DNA of 64,000 nt from Podarcis vaucheri (taxonomy: Eukaryota). Made by a program: the position numbers and the translations under genes. The notes under the pieces are model-generated. The model did not search any database. It was not told the DNA's origin and was given only the letters and a program-made list of their open reading frames with translations. The stretch lies in the NCBI GenBank assembly GCA_965113315.1, contig OZ220367.1; one strand, given 5' to 3'. This document shows, one piece after another, positions 35,570 through 49,552 of this stretch (positions are counted from its first letter, which is position 1; the number at the start of each line of letters is the position of its first letter).

Positions 35570-38237
35570 TATTCCACAAAGATAGTGCTGTGGTGCTTTT
35601 TACCACTTGGAGAAGTGAAGAGCACCAACAAATAAGAACACATTGGTAGTCAGTATATAGTAACTATAAGTTAAGTTACAAATATGGGCTCTGTTCCACT
35701 TAACAGGGAATACTCTTGGATATATTCAAAATCAACTTGCAGAACAATCAGTACATTTTTGGCCCATTTGTCATGCTTGTTTTTTAATACCATGTAATAC
35801 CTGTATCTGTTACCAATGCAGGACTATCAATTGCCTTTTTTTCTTTTTTCTTTGCAAGCAGAGCTTGTGCTTATGGATGTATGCCTAAAATGCAGAACCA
35901 TTTAATCCTTTGTGATGGCTATTCAGTAAGGAGAGCCTTAGAGTTCAGAAGAAATACAAATGCTTTCAAAGAATCATCATCACATGTGGTCTGAATCTGA
36001 AACCGCTGCAATCCTACCATCTGCTCCACAATGAAGCCCATGACTACTGGTCCATTGGCATGGGAGAGAGAAGGCTTAATCTATTGAAGGTTTTGGGATG
36101 TAGTGGACCCAATCTCACTGCAGAGTTTAGGATTTGGAAAACTCCCGGTCATGTCTTTGTCACTTTATCGTGCTCTACAGCTTCCATTTACATCTGTTAA
36201 AATGCCCGAAGCTTTTCCATTCTCCCGAAACAGATTTGGTAAGGACAGAAGAGCAACCATTCTCCAAAGGTCAGCCACAAAGTTCTGATAATTTCTGTCC
36301 AGCATTGGAGTCACGACGGAGAATTTACAGAATTAAACTTTGCTCTGTGGCCTGATTCTCACTCAAATGAAAACACATTGTTGGGCTCTAAACAGTATCT
36401 GGGCTGTGATAATTAATAGCAGCAGTGGCTAGTTCTCCAGGGGACTGGTAGGGCAAAAGGGAGACCAGCAGTAGGTGGAGCTAGTGCCAGGGACCGGCAG
36501 AACCACTCCTTGATTCATTGCAAATAACAAGGCAGGCGAGTGTGAATTCGCTGAGGGCAGAATCTTCTCCATTGTACCCTCCCTACTGAAGTTACCTGGG
36601 TGACAATCAGATAGCTGGCCTTTCCTGTCTCTTTCCAGGGAAACCCAGTTGGTGCCTATTTTATTAACTTACAAGCACCACAAAGAACAACCACATTCTC
36701 CCAAGCTTTCCATAGTGTTCTCAACCCCTGGTCTACCTGGCAGCATCAGTATATCAAGTACAAAGTCTTGGAGTCAAGCTACATAAGCTATGTGATGCTT
36801 TTTAAACACACACACACAGACCACATTTGTTGTGCTGGAAGCTTTCAGCCCAAAAATTAGGATATAAATCTTTAAAATAAATAGAAAAATAAATGAAATG
36901 AAACCTTCTCCCCCAAAGCTGTTGACTGGATCCAACAAGGGCTCTTCATTTAACTGTGAAGATAGAAACCACTGAGAGGTCAGATCAGAATATTTCACAT
37001 CATCTTAGACCTAAATGGGGGGGCAGGAAGAGTAATAATTCCACAAAGAGAGCTTTAAAATGTTGCATGGCCATCCCTTTTTCTTATGTTAAGGATACCC
37101 TTCCTTCAAGCCAATTCACTGTTTTGATGAAAAACTTTGATAAGCAACAGGGAGGGAGGTATGTTGTTCCATGATCTGTTTTTTTGCAATGTTCATACTG
37201 AAGCAAAGGCTTTGGGAGGCCTGACAAAAATAATCAGGACTCTCATCATTTCTCCACCCTGAATGTTGACATGAACACTGCAGCCTAGCAATGAAAAGAG
37301 GTATTCAAACACACAACCGTGTGTGTCGACTCCAATTATATCCCATGTGGTTGGTCAAGGAAGGTGAGGTGTAGCTGTGATCCTCTGTGCTCTTATATGG
37401 AAATAAGTTCCATTCAAAATCAATGAGACTTCCAAGCGATTATCCCTAGGCTCAATGTAGAAATGTTATTATCTCATTTGTAAAACTAGAAACTGCCATT
37501 GACTGATACCTGGAGTGTGCAATTAGTGCCTCAAACCGACAAGGCAATCAAAAGAAGACGATTTCATCATTGTTAGCGGTGTCGATAACTACACCTTTTC
37601 CCACACTGTCCACTTATCCTTGACACAAAGAGGGTAAATGCTCCCTTTTTGTCCTTGACATAAGGAGGGTAAACGTTCCCTTTCTGTCCTTTGGAGGTTA
37701 ACCAAACCTTTGTTCCTTGGAGGTTATTCTGTTCAAAGCTCCGCAGCATGAAGCTATTTAGATGGCTGAAATTACGTGTCACGCTGGAAAGCTATTTGGA
37801 TATTTATGTTGAGTGTAAATCTACAAAGGTGCACCAGCCCTGTCAGGTGGGGATTGTATTTATTCATAAGATAAACATTAAAGCATGTAGGGACTGTTGA
37901 TACGCTTGCACTTGATCCCATATCTCTGATGTGCTACTAAGTTTGAATTATAAGAAATGCATTTTGCATGGTGCAGATTAAGACAGATGAGAGAGGCCAC
38001 TGTGTAATATGAACAGGCAGAGTAAAAGGGCTACATGACAGAGCAGGGTGCAAGAATGGAAGCAACACCAGATGATGTGGAAAGGTGGACAAGACACTGG
38101 GTCCAATCCCCATGCAGAGAGATGCTCATGGAAAAAAGACATACTGGGTGAATTACCTGCTACATGCTTACATCGAATGAAGCACCAATGTTTGGTTTTT
38201 AAAATGCAGGTGAACATGTTAATTCTGTTTATTTCCT

Positions 38238-38526
38238 TAGTCCCACTCTATTCTGTCTTGGTCAGACCACACCTGGAATACTGTGTCCATTTCTGGCACC
38301 ACAATTTAAGAAGGATGTTGACAAGCTGGAACGTGTGCAGAGGAGGGTGACCAAGATGATCAAGACGGTGTAACAAATGAGCACTGGTAGACTCTCCTTC
38401 CTTGAAAGTTGTTAAGAAGAGGTTGGATGGCCACCTGTCATGGATGCTTTAGTTGAGATGCCTGCATTGCAGGGGGTTGGACTTGATGACCCTTGAGGTC
38501 CCCTCCAATTCTATGATTCTGTGATT
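38238..38526 (+). mobile_element. CR1 LINE 3' end with internal deletion
   Basis: VPLYSVLVRPHLEYCVHFW is a classic CR1 ORF2 motif. The tail is gggggttggacttgatgacccttgaggtcccctccaattctatgattctgtgatt. Confidence 0.9.
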
Positions 38527-39545
38527 TTAAGATGCCTGCAATGGCTAGGAAGCAGTGAAAGTTCTGCTACTTGAGCTCTGTTGTTTATATACATAGCAAT
38601 CAAAAGATTTGAGGAAGCGGGGGGGGATAAAAGAATATGGAAATAATGATATATAACGTTTTCTCCAAAAGATAGATTTAATGCATTTTATAAATTGTGC
38701 TTTTACTTTTGTTCTGGTGGTATTTTACAAACTATTTTCAAAGGTTTTCCTCTTCAGTCATACCCAGGTGGTAAAAAATAAATAAATGGAGATTTTAACG
38801 GAGAGTGCCCAAAATGCATAAACTGCTAGCAATTACACAGGGATGTTGACAATCTGGTAAATGCCTCCAATTATGGTGTTCCATTAGCAAAGGATGGCAA
38901 TGACCATTAGGCAACTTTTACTAGGCTGACTCCATAATTTTTGATATTCACCTGATGCATGTGGAATGACCCACATTCCCCCTTTACCCTTTGCAGTTAT
39001 AGCTATCTATATTTGACATCCCCTATAAGGTATATAGTGCCTGTATTACATATAAGACATTTCTTTTCTGCAGTGCAGCAGCTGGTAATTATGTTGATGT
39101 TTCTCCAAGCCTCCTGGGAACTGGCACTTGGAGCTGCCAAGAGTGAGATGAGAAAGCATTGCAGAGGCTGCAGAGAACTGTGGCTGCAGATTAACTGCAA
39201 TTCATTATTTTTCTTGTCGTTTTATTCAGATCCAGTAGTAGTGGGATCGGTGAGTCAATAGGAGTAGTAGAATCACATTGTTTTCCGGGTGCTACTGATC
39301 TGGCTGCTGCATAAAAATCAACTGAAGTCTTATAACACACTGACATTCGCGCCTTCACCTGTTCCTCCCCACTTGCTTATTTGCCCTATTTATCATTTTA
39401 ACGGAAATGGGAGTCTCATGGGCAGAGCAATCCTGGACTCACTTTATGCCAGACCCATCAATTTTAATAGGTGCACTCTGAGTAAAACTTAGCGGAATAC
39501 CACCCAAAGGATTTCAGCTGGAAGTTACGGGACATGCACTGAATA

Positions 39546-39906
39546 ATAGATTCATAGAATTGTAGAGTTGGAATGAACCCCTAGGACCATCTAGTCCAAC
39601 TCCTTGCAATGCAGGAAACTCAATTAAAGCATCCATGACAGGTGGACATCCAACCTCTGCTTTAAAAATTGCCAGGAAGGAGAGATCACCACTTCCTGAG
39701 AGAGTCTGTTCCACTGTCTAACACCTCTTACGTTCAGAAAGCTATTCCTGGTGTTTAGCTGGAATTTCCTTTCTTGTAACTTGAAACCATTGGTATGGGT
39801 CTTACCTTCCAGAGCAGGAGAAAACGTGTGCTATTCCATCTTCCATGTGACAGCCCTTTAGATATTTGAAGAGGACTATCATATCTCCTCTCAGTCTCCT
39901 CTTTCC
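39546..39906 (-). mobile_element. CR1 LINE 3' end
   Basis: catagaattgtagagttggaa...catctagtccaactccttgcaatgcagg...catccatgacaggtgg is the reverse complement of the CR1 tail at 38400-38526. Confidence 0.9.
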
Positions 39907-42842
39907 CATAGTGTCCATACTATCACCTAGAAAGCTCAAACCATGAGAAGGCATGTAGCTCAGTGATGCCTAGGAAGTCATGGTCATGTTCTCAAGATGG
40001 TGACAGTCACCACATGTGGTGTGCGATCAAGTTGCAATTGTGGGTGCCTCTTGATTGCGCTGTCATCATTGCCTGCTCTGGAGCTTGTTTTGGCTGGTGT
40101 AAAGTTGCATTGTTGACAAGGGGTGATGGCTGAAGGGACACAGGATCCAACATGCATCTTCCTCCCCAATGCTGCCCATGGGCCACCCACATCTCTGACC
40201 TCTTTTCATTGCTTTGATAGTGTTACTGGTGAAATGACCCTACAAAGATATCAGGGGAGTTCTGATGGCTGCATATCTAAAAGTCTACCAGATTTGTAGT
40301 AGGGTTTGCGCCAAATCCTAAAGCCTAAAGCACTCTTGTACACTCTTGGGTACAAGAGTGTGCTCTCAGTCACTTGTTTGGTTAAGCTTCTAGCTGCACC
40401 TGTCATTAATCTTGACTCCTATGTTTTCCTTGGAATTAAGCCAGCCTTGAACAGCACACAACTCTCTGTAGCAGCAAATCTTATTTCAGAATGAAGTTCT
40501 CAGAAACATTACCTGACTCAGGGATTCCAAGAATATTGCTGTCTTTCTGAACTTCTGCCCATTCCTGCTTGTAAATAGAAAACTCTTTTGACAGCTGAGC
40601 AATGGTATACACCCGTCACGCAGGGCTCTTCAAATGCTTTCAAGATAAACAATTTAATTCATTACTTTTTCAGTGCCTGTCTCATTTCCTAAACTCCTAT
40701 AGAAGGAAGTACTTGCTTCCTATTTCAGATCCAGAATGCACATGGAATAAAATAACTTTCCTCCTAACAAACATTCTGAAGGTTTGTCTTATTGGTTCAA
40801 ATAGTTCATGGGAAATGCAAAATAGATTCACAGTCAGAAGTCTGTATAAGCCACAGTGCTAGATATTTAAGCTTCTAAGGACCTTCACAAAAACTGTATA
40901 GCTAGAGACAGAGTCCATAATTGACTCTGTATCCAACAAGCTGTTTTAAACTGCAGCTGTGTTATATTTTATCTAGGCTTTTAATTGTTAATTTGGGAAG
41001 GCTTTTTTTTTTGGCAGCTGCTGCTGGTGGTTTTATCTGCAGTTTTAACTTTCTTGTACTTTACACTATTTTATTTTAATTTTTTTACTTAACACAATTT
41101 GTAAAAATAAAAAGACCATCCAAGCAGCTTACAGAGACTGTAAACAAATATATACATTCTTGTTAAAAATCAGAAGTTCAAAACAAGCTGACCTGAAAGA
41201 ATTCAAAATGTAAAATAAAAATGAGCTACTAAAAATGTACAGGCCCTGCCCTTCTCTTTTGTTGTCCCCTTCCCATATTGACTGCTTTTGGAAGGCTACA
41301 GAGGAACATAACTAAAATTTGGGGGAGTCTAGTTGTAGGGCTTATAAATTCCCACCTTTCATACCTCAATCTGAGTGTGACAAGGCTGTGTTTCTTTTCC
41401 AAGGAGATAAGTATTATTGTCAGGAATGGGGGATTTTATTTATTTTTTAATCCCGTGGGCTCATTATCTCAGTGGAAGGACCCACTTCAGCCAGGCAAAA
41501 TACACAAGAGTGCAGAGCAAGCCAGTGAAAAGGTGGTGTCCCGAGAAGCAGGTATGTCTTGGGGAGATGGGGAGTAGTCTAAGAAGAGTCCTGAGGGCAA
41601 GACAGAGCAGCCTGGGGGAATCACATGCAGCACCCAAGGCCTGAGGTTTAAGCTGATGAATGGGTAGGCTCCCTTGCTTCTCATCCAGCACAGTTTTTGT
41701 TGTTGTCCTTTTTAAGTCTATACATGCTGGCTGGTTTGTAGCATTCCGTCGTGCATTGTCAGTCTCTATGCTGCCCATTCTTCTTCATTATGGCTCATGA
41801 TGACAACTTTGTGTTATAAAGTGCTGTAAGTGAAGAAAGTAATCAATAGACAGTGAGTCAATACTGGAAACCCAATCCTAGTATGCAAAACCAGCAACAC
41901 GAATTCCCCGTATTTCACTGAACTTCTCTTCTGAACCACACAATGAAATTTTCAATTGAAAAGTTAACCATCAAACATTTATCCATTTCCGTTTAATCTT
42001 AGTCACCCCATTGAGTTTTTGGTCCTTGGGGTGATTCTTAGGAATGCAAATCATTTATATAGCACTGTTCTCTCTCTCCTCCCCCCTTCCATCTTATCTA
42101 TAGCAGTGGCAAACCTTTGAAATACACAGTCTGGAAACACTGGAGGAAATTGTTCCGTTTGAAATTATGGAGGCAATTTGGTATTGATTAGTTAAAATGA
42201 ATGCTTCCTGTTGAAAATGGACTTTTGAAAGTATGCTATAAATGAAGTAGATAGGAAAAGATGCTGGCATGCCAGCAGGGGGGAAATGCAACAATAATCT
42301 TACATTTCTAATTGATAGCGGGGAAGTTCAAGTAACACAAGGTTCGTCTTTGAAACCTTACAATTTACAAGGAGTCATTTGTTATACTTTCAGTTCGTAG
42401 AAAAAGATACAGCCACATCTCTTAGCGGTTGGCAGTGAAGGAGACAAGGCTGTATGGTACTGAATTTTCATGCTCTCCTCTTGACAGTACGGTGCCTGAA
42501 CTTGAAGAACATAAGAATAAGGGGTAAACATTCTTGTGGAATTAATAAATTGCTTTATACATGTATGTTCCTCAAGAGAGAGCTTACCAGGGAGTTGGGG
42601 GAAGCCCTCGCCTGCAAGAGCTGGCCAAACTGAGGCAGACATTCCCACCTTGGGATGCTGTCCCTCCCCAGCCTGACTGAATCCATGGCAGAGCAACTGG
42701 CAACATTCCAGATGGGGGTAAGCAACAAAGAGACAGTGGGGAAGGGATGTGTCTGCCCTGCCCTGAATAAAAGGCTTTTTCTCTCCCTTCTCAGACAGAA
42801 GAGGGGGCCGGGAGATTGGTGGGACTTACCTGCGAGAAGAAG

Positions 42843-43286
42843 ATGCAGGAGAAATCCAATCCATTTCACATTTAAAAGGTATGTCTCCCTAATTCACACT
42901 TTCCAAAGCAACATGCGGACCAACCTGTGGACTCGGCTATCCTCCATAACATGCATTCCTACACACTGTGCAATATAGTTCTGCCCCCAAGCGACATGTA
43001 CAAAAATACATGTGCCAGAGTAAAGTGTGCACAAAAATGCATCTGTTAGTAAAAATAAGACACAATAATGTGTAATATTGGGGAAAATTGATTTGCCAAA
43101 ATGTGTGCAATAGGGGACAAAGTTGTGCATATCAGGAGAAAATGGCATCAGTATGCTGGTGTATTTTTATGATGCCTTTAAAAGAAATAATAATACTAAT
43201 CACCAACTGATAGGGAGAATTGAAGTTAAGATTGGAAAAATAGGCAACTGATAGAAACCGAAAACAACAGATTGGTCCCATTCCTT
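42843..43286. mobile_element. Old non-autonomous DNA-element-like repeat with degenerate internal ~20-bp repeats
   Basis: Recurrent aaaatg(t/c)g/gtgcata(t)/ggaaaat motifs, ending in gattggtcccattcct. Boundaries are approximate. Confidence 0.4.
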
Positions 43287-43501
43287 GTACCACTTAGCAA
43301 ACAGCAGCCCAGAGAGTTTCTCCATTCTTCCCTATCCCATTGTTTGGCTCTTTGTACAGGCCAGATTATTTCTGTTTCTGTTTCCAGTGAACTAACTGAG
43401 ACAGGACCCTTTGCTTTGGGTAGTTAAAAAGCTGATATTACTATCTCATATTTTTGTTTTTTTTCTGTTTACTCTCAGTAAAGACGGGAAAAGATTTTCC
43501 T

Positions 43502-43692
43502 CCAGGACTGCCCCACCCATGAGGCCAGTTGAGGTGACTCCCTCAGGTGGCAGGATCCATAGGGGCAGTGTATCCTGATGTAGATCTTTCTGTCTTGTTC
43601 CTGATATAGATCTTCACTCACACCTTCTTCCCTGGTGGAGAGGCGCCATTTTGTGGTTCACCTCAAGTGCCAAAAATGTCATGGGCTGGCCT
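43502..43692. mobile_element. Decayed hAT (Tip100-like) MITE
   Basis: CAGGACTGCCCC...GGGCTGGCCT termini. The 5' part is similar to ~1808-1860. Confidence 0.5.
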
Positions 43693-43764
43693 AGCAGCTT
43701 GCTGGCTTTGCCCCTTGCTCTTTCTTAAGGTGAAAAGGGCCGCCTCAGAGTTAGGGTGCTCCTA

Positions 43765-43950
43765 TGAGGTCGGATTGCCCTAGTCCAATACCAACTGTTC
43801 TAACTGGCAGCAGCCCTCCACAGTATCAGGCAGAGAGAGATCTTTACCCCCTCCCCAACTGTTACCTGTTCCTTTTACCTGAAAATTGTGGGGACTGAAT
43901 CTGGGGCCTTCAGCACAACAAGTATATGTTCCTTCGCTGAGCAATGCTCT
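43765..43950 (-). mobile_element. Old tRNA-Ala-derived SINE
   Basis: ctagtccaatac...ctggcagcagccctcc...ggggactgaatctggggccttcagc...gctgagcaatg, the reverse of the 29773 family. Confidence 0.55.
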
Positions 43951-46900
43951 CCTCATTTACCTTGGAACATGAAACTCATTACCGGTCTCTGAGCTGAAGT
44001 AGCCATGGATGATTGTGTCAACACACTTCATTATTATGCTGCTGATCGTAATAGTACAGATAACGGAGACAGATGAGAGAAAGGACAAAAATAGAACTTA
44101 AACGCATCTAGTCAAGTGAGCTCTGTATACATACTCAGGGCTTTTTCAGCAGTGATTACCACAGCAGTTCTGAGAGTTGATGAACCAAGACATTTTTAAA
44201 ACTGAGCATTGATTTGTTTCACTGTGAGGAGTCCCTCAGGACAAGCCTTGAGTTGAAATAAGAATACAAGAATACAATCAATTATTCTATAGGTGGGCTT
44301 TTATTTCTTGGTTTAGATGTACAAGTATGGATCCAATGGTACAGGCTGTGTATACTGGCCCTGCCTTCATGGTAACTGTTTCATTTTGTATCTATGAAAT
44401 TATTTAAATGAGGATGAAGAAGAGGCAAGACAAGTTTCTTCCTTTGACACACGCTTCTGTCCCCTGCTCAAACTAAGGAGAGTCACATGCAGAAACAGCC
44501 TTCAATGGGCATATCACTTGTTGGACACATACTGGCTGTGTACTCAATTGAACGAATACAGTGAACGAATACAGTGATTGAATGCTATCCATTGTTTTTA
44601 TGGGTTGTGAAAATCCAGTAGTAGCTAGTGAGGCAGTATGGGTGGCGCATGGTTGCTCTCCCAAATGCCTAGCACATTCCTCTGAAAGGAATTGCATCTA
44701 CACTTGGCTGCACATCTGGATAAATATTCAACAGACTCATAATTTATCTTCCAGAAAGTGACATTCATGCTGGAGTCTTCTTCTATGGTTGAATCTCCTT
44801 ACTTGGGCATCTGGCTTCACAGAATCTGCACAGGTAAAAGTTGGTGCACGTAACTGAGAGGATGGGCTCTGGCAGGTGTCCTAGGATGGGCACACTGGGT
44901 ATGTAGTCTTTGAGATGAATTCCTTCTCCCACTTGCAATCTTTTCACCTGCAAGTTAGGGAGTATGACTTGTCTTTAGTACATAACTACCGAGATTTCAA
45001 AACTTGGGAGAAAAATAAGGGGCTGCCTTATACCTGAAGCTTCTCCTCTCACATCAGTTAAAGAGCAGGTGAAAAGCCACATTATATGCTGGAGCAGCAT
45101 TAGCGACTGAAGGACACAGCAACCCAGACATGTTTTCTTGTGTTATCAGACAAGAATGGCAGTCAGGGGATATGAGATCTCTTGTTCTCAGTCTGGCCTT
45201 TACGTAAATTGATTGCTAAGGTTGAGCCAACTTGATATTTCTGACTTCCATTTAACAAGGCAAAACTCCCTTTTTGTGCCAGTGAAGCTAGCTTGTCTTA
45301 CCTGCTAACCGTATTGTCTTTTTCTCACCTAGACAACAAAAGCTAGGTTTTTCTGGAAACTCATTTCCATCCTGTCTCCTAATCACCCTTAAAAATCTGT
45401 ATATCAAACTAGTTAGATAATGTGAAAAGTTGAAATTTGGAGTTTTCTTCCTGTACTAGTTTGTATCATCATGGACAATAGGAAAGATCTACTACACAGA
45501 TTGGCTTTTCATAATCCCTACCTCTTGAAGGCTTTAGGTGGTCCAGAGATAAGGAGTAGTAGGTGATACTTTAATCTCTACTAAAGGGCGAGAGTGAATT
45601 TACCTAGGATATTCTTTTGAACAGAGTCTTCTGTTATGCAGAATATTCATATTAAAGTTTCTTAGGGTCAGCTGAGTTGGCCACCTGCTTCCAAGGTCCT
45701 GGAATGATTTTTTTTTTTTAATTAGATGTTAATTCTTTGAACTCTCTATGTTTATGGGCTCTACTGTTAGACTTGCTCATCAGTACTCCACCTCAAGAAT
45801 GAGTTTCAAAGCTTTACCAAAGAACAGTCTTTGGTAGGAAAGATAAATGTTACAAAGTAAGACATTGCTCTCAAATAGCAGGCGATGTGGTTCAGTCCTT
45901 TAAGCCCTTTATGTAGTTCAGTAAACTCTCCTCTCTCTGATCCCAGAGAGATCCTAAACTTGTTCAGCATTGCAGAACTTGGCTTCATATGCCACTGCTG
46001 TTAGAGATCAGCAGTTCAGGTTTCTAGCAATGAGTAATCATGTAGCCTAAACCTGTTAAATGGAAAAACACCAGCCTTCTGCTTTCATCCAGAGTGAAAC
46101 CTCTCGCTTAATGTATACTTATCTGCTTTGCAAATGCAAATCTTTAGAGAAGTTTTAATTTCAGTTGATACAAACATTACATTTTAACACCTATCCAGTG
46201 CGATCACATTTTATGAGTATCAAAATGTTTTCTGTACAATAACTTCACAAAAAAGCCTCAGTTTATACTTTCCTGGAGGAAAGCATGATGAGAGCATGCA
46301 TCTGTTATGGATGCTGCTGCCATTTTATAAGCATGCTGCATATATGCATGGAGAGGTATCATTATAATTTAATATAACCTTGGAAATGCTAAAAGGATTT
46401 GCAAACCAAATTTATCACTCTTTCAAGAAGAAACAAATAGGCAACTGTTCAAGAATGTAACACATAAAAGCTCCTTTCTATCTTAGTCCTAACAGTTTAG
46501 CAGAAAAGTCTCAACATGGGAAGTGATTGACATTTTTCACTCATTCCAATTGGCCTCCTTATTTAGCAGTTAGCTCTTTGTGTAAAAGTACAAAATGAAC
46601 ATTTGATGAAATTCATGGAAAGAATGAATGCTTTATTTTATATTCCACATCAGTGAATAAAGTTATTGATAGATAATATGTAATCTTTTGGGAGCACAGC
46701 AAAAAAATTATTCTGCATTTTCCCCACTTACATTCACAATTCATTGAGTAAATCTGTTTCCTTTATTCTCCCCCTTTTGGGGATAAAATTAAAATAAAAA
46801 GACAAAACAGAGCTAGTGTCCTCTCTTTTCTAGCTTTTGAACACCAGTGATTGATGTAATTATGTAAAAATTGATAGAAAAAATGGGATCGGAGACCTTT

Positions 46901-48954
46901 GTGAAGCAACACAGCATATGGATTGATTCATATCTACATCTCCAGAATAGAAACATGATTAATAATGTGTCCAAAACAATAACCATAGAATACCTTAGAG
47001 GTTACTGGAATCAATTTGCAAATAAAAAACAACTCATCCATCTTATGACTTTCACAATACGAAACAGAAGGTACAGTGTTTTCTTCTAAAAAGTTCGAGT
47101 ACTTCTGAAAGAAAAAGACAAATATCGGGCAGTATGGGACCAAGTCATACTCAGAATAGACCCACTTAAATTAACAGACTTAAACTAGACTTATAGCTAA
47201 CTTCAGTCCATTTGTTACAATAGGTCTACTCTGAGTATGACTTGGTTGGATACCACCCACTGTTGTGTTTGAAGTCACTCTGATACTTTGGGTACTATAT
47301 TACTGAGGTATGCATTGGTAGCAATGCTACACATACTTGCTCAGAAGTAAGTCCCAGTCTGTTCAATGGGGCTTCCTTCCTGGTAAGTGCACATAGGAAG
47401 CACAACACTGCTTATTAAGGGCAAACATGCTTATGATTCCACTGTTAGCGATTACCCTGTGAATCAGGGAGTCGCTGGTTTGAATTAACTGTTTGCTGTG
47501 AACTCACTAAGTGACTCATTGCCGTCCATTCTGCAGTATGCCCCCCGCATTGCTTCTGAGGCCACTCCAGGTTTAGAGCACCTGTAGCTTAAGCTTAATA
47601 AGTTTCATAGTAGATCTGCCCCTGCCTGCACCATCTCCAAATCTGCTCTGGATGATTGTGGTGAGGGGGAATCCAGATTAAGGGAGCACACAATGGGAGG
47701 GGGAGAACATTCCAATGTGGAACATCTGCCTTGGTGCTACATTGAATATCATCCAATGTTTGACAACTATGTGAGGTTGGTAGGGACTTCAGGTCCCTTG
47801 TGCCTCTTTCACTCAACCCTTCTCCATCTCAAGCTAGAATGCCCAGACCCAATGTATTCAAGAGCCATCCTGTAAACCAAGCATGGCTGAGACTGTTCTC
47901 CAGCAACACATCTCTCTGTCCATAACACAGCCAGGGGGTGATCTATGGGAGCACACGCTCTGCTTTGTTGCTTGCATTGCTGTATGTACATTCTGAAATT
48001 GTGGCCTTCTCTTCCTCTCACAACTCTGCTTTCAATGATTTTCCAGACTTGCACTTCTAAGTTTTATAGGAGACAGGTGGCCTATTCCACAGGCCATTCT
48101 GCAGTTGGGGGCGGGGGGAAATCTAGATACTGTTCCTAATGACTGGATATACTATTATTCTTTGAGAGAGAGAATATGTTCTATACAAGTGACTATTTCA
48201 ATTTTTCCAGTTTAGAGGCTCCCTCAAAAAGATCTACTGTTTCAGAGTGGCAATTTATTTGTGGTTGCATTTCTGTATCAATATAATGCAAATCTGTAGC
48301 TTGTTGTTTCAAAGAGCTACATAATTCTGGAGTAAAAGTAACACAAGGTACATTGCCGATTGCAGCCAGGTTATGGTAAATGGACTGTAACTAACAGCAT
48401 GACAATACTATAATGGACTGAGCCCCACTGATTGCTAAATAAGGATTAGCCTGGCAGCATATTGCTATCAGATGATATGATGTTTCTCTCATATTGATTT
48501 TGTTCCAGTTTGTGGAACTATTTTTGTTGTTGTTTACATATTTATAAACCGCACCTTGTTTAAAAAAATACAGCAAGGCAGTATCCAACATACAAAATAG
48601 CAATGAAATCATCAAAACATAGACTAGAACAGCTTGGGGGGAAATGCATTGTTGTATTTATGATATAACATTACAAAAAATATGAAAAATGTGAATGGTA
48701 GGCAAGTTTGATTTAGCTATAATGATGAAATCATGTTACTCTTCTGTTAAAGCTGGGCATCTGTGGTCCCATCTCGACTAGGGTTTGTTTGGTAGGGGTG
48801 TTATGCAACATGTCGTTGGCATAGTGGTGAATTTAAACTGGACCATCCACACGTTATTCTGCTTTATGAGTTGTTCTGAAATGCTTCCCTGGTGCTATCA
48901 CAATTATGCTGTCCACAGGGGCACTCTTGCACAGTTGTGCAACGAAAGAGAGAC

Positions 48955-49206
48955 AAGAAGAAGAAGAAGAAGAGTTTGGATTTGATATCCCGCCTTTCAC
49001 TCCCTTTAAGGAGTCTCAAAGCGGCTAACAATCTCCTTTCCCTTCCTCCCCCACAACAAACACTCTGTGAGGTGAGTGAGGCTGAGAGACTTCAGAGAAG
49101 TGTGACTGGCCCAAGGTCACCCAGCAGCTGCATGTGGAGGAGCGGAGACGCGAACCCGGTTACCCAGATTACGTGACTACCGCTCTTAACCACTACACCA
49201 CACTGG
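48955..49206 (-). mobile_element. Young Squam3-type SINE, subfamily B
   Basis: (AAG)n tail, then gagtttggatttgatatcccgcctttcactccctttaaggagtctc...accactacaccacactgg. Confidence 0.92.
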
Positions 49207-49552
49207 GACGTTTGTGATATAAAATGTTAAAAGGTGGTATTCCACTGAGTTTTTATTCAACATAGATTCATTGAAATTGATTAACATAATTAAGGTAGGT
49301 CCATTAATTTCAAGAAGTCTGTTCTGAGTTAAATTCTCCTCTGGATTTCAGCAGGAAGCACTGACTGGAAATGAAGCAGAATGACCACCCTAAAACCTTT
49401 GGAGAGGCAAATGGTACAGTATTGAAAGTGGGATCATGTATTACCTCCCCTGTATGTCAGGAGCACAAATCATTATGTATGCACAATAAAATGGAGGGGC
49501 CCTATATCTTTTAACAACCATGTAACAACCAGAAATTCAACAGGTGCAGCCT

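Noticed and set aside
46871-47143. 72-aa ORF and CpG-containing end suggestive of an ancient DNA-element terminus
   Set aside because: No matching opposite terminus, TSD or recognisable protein motif.
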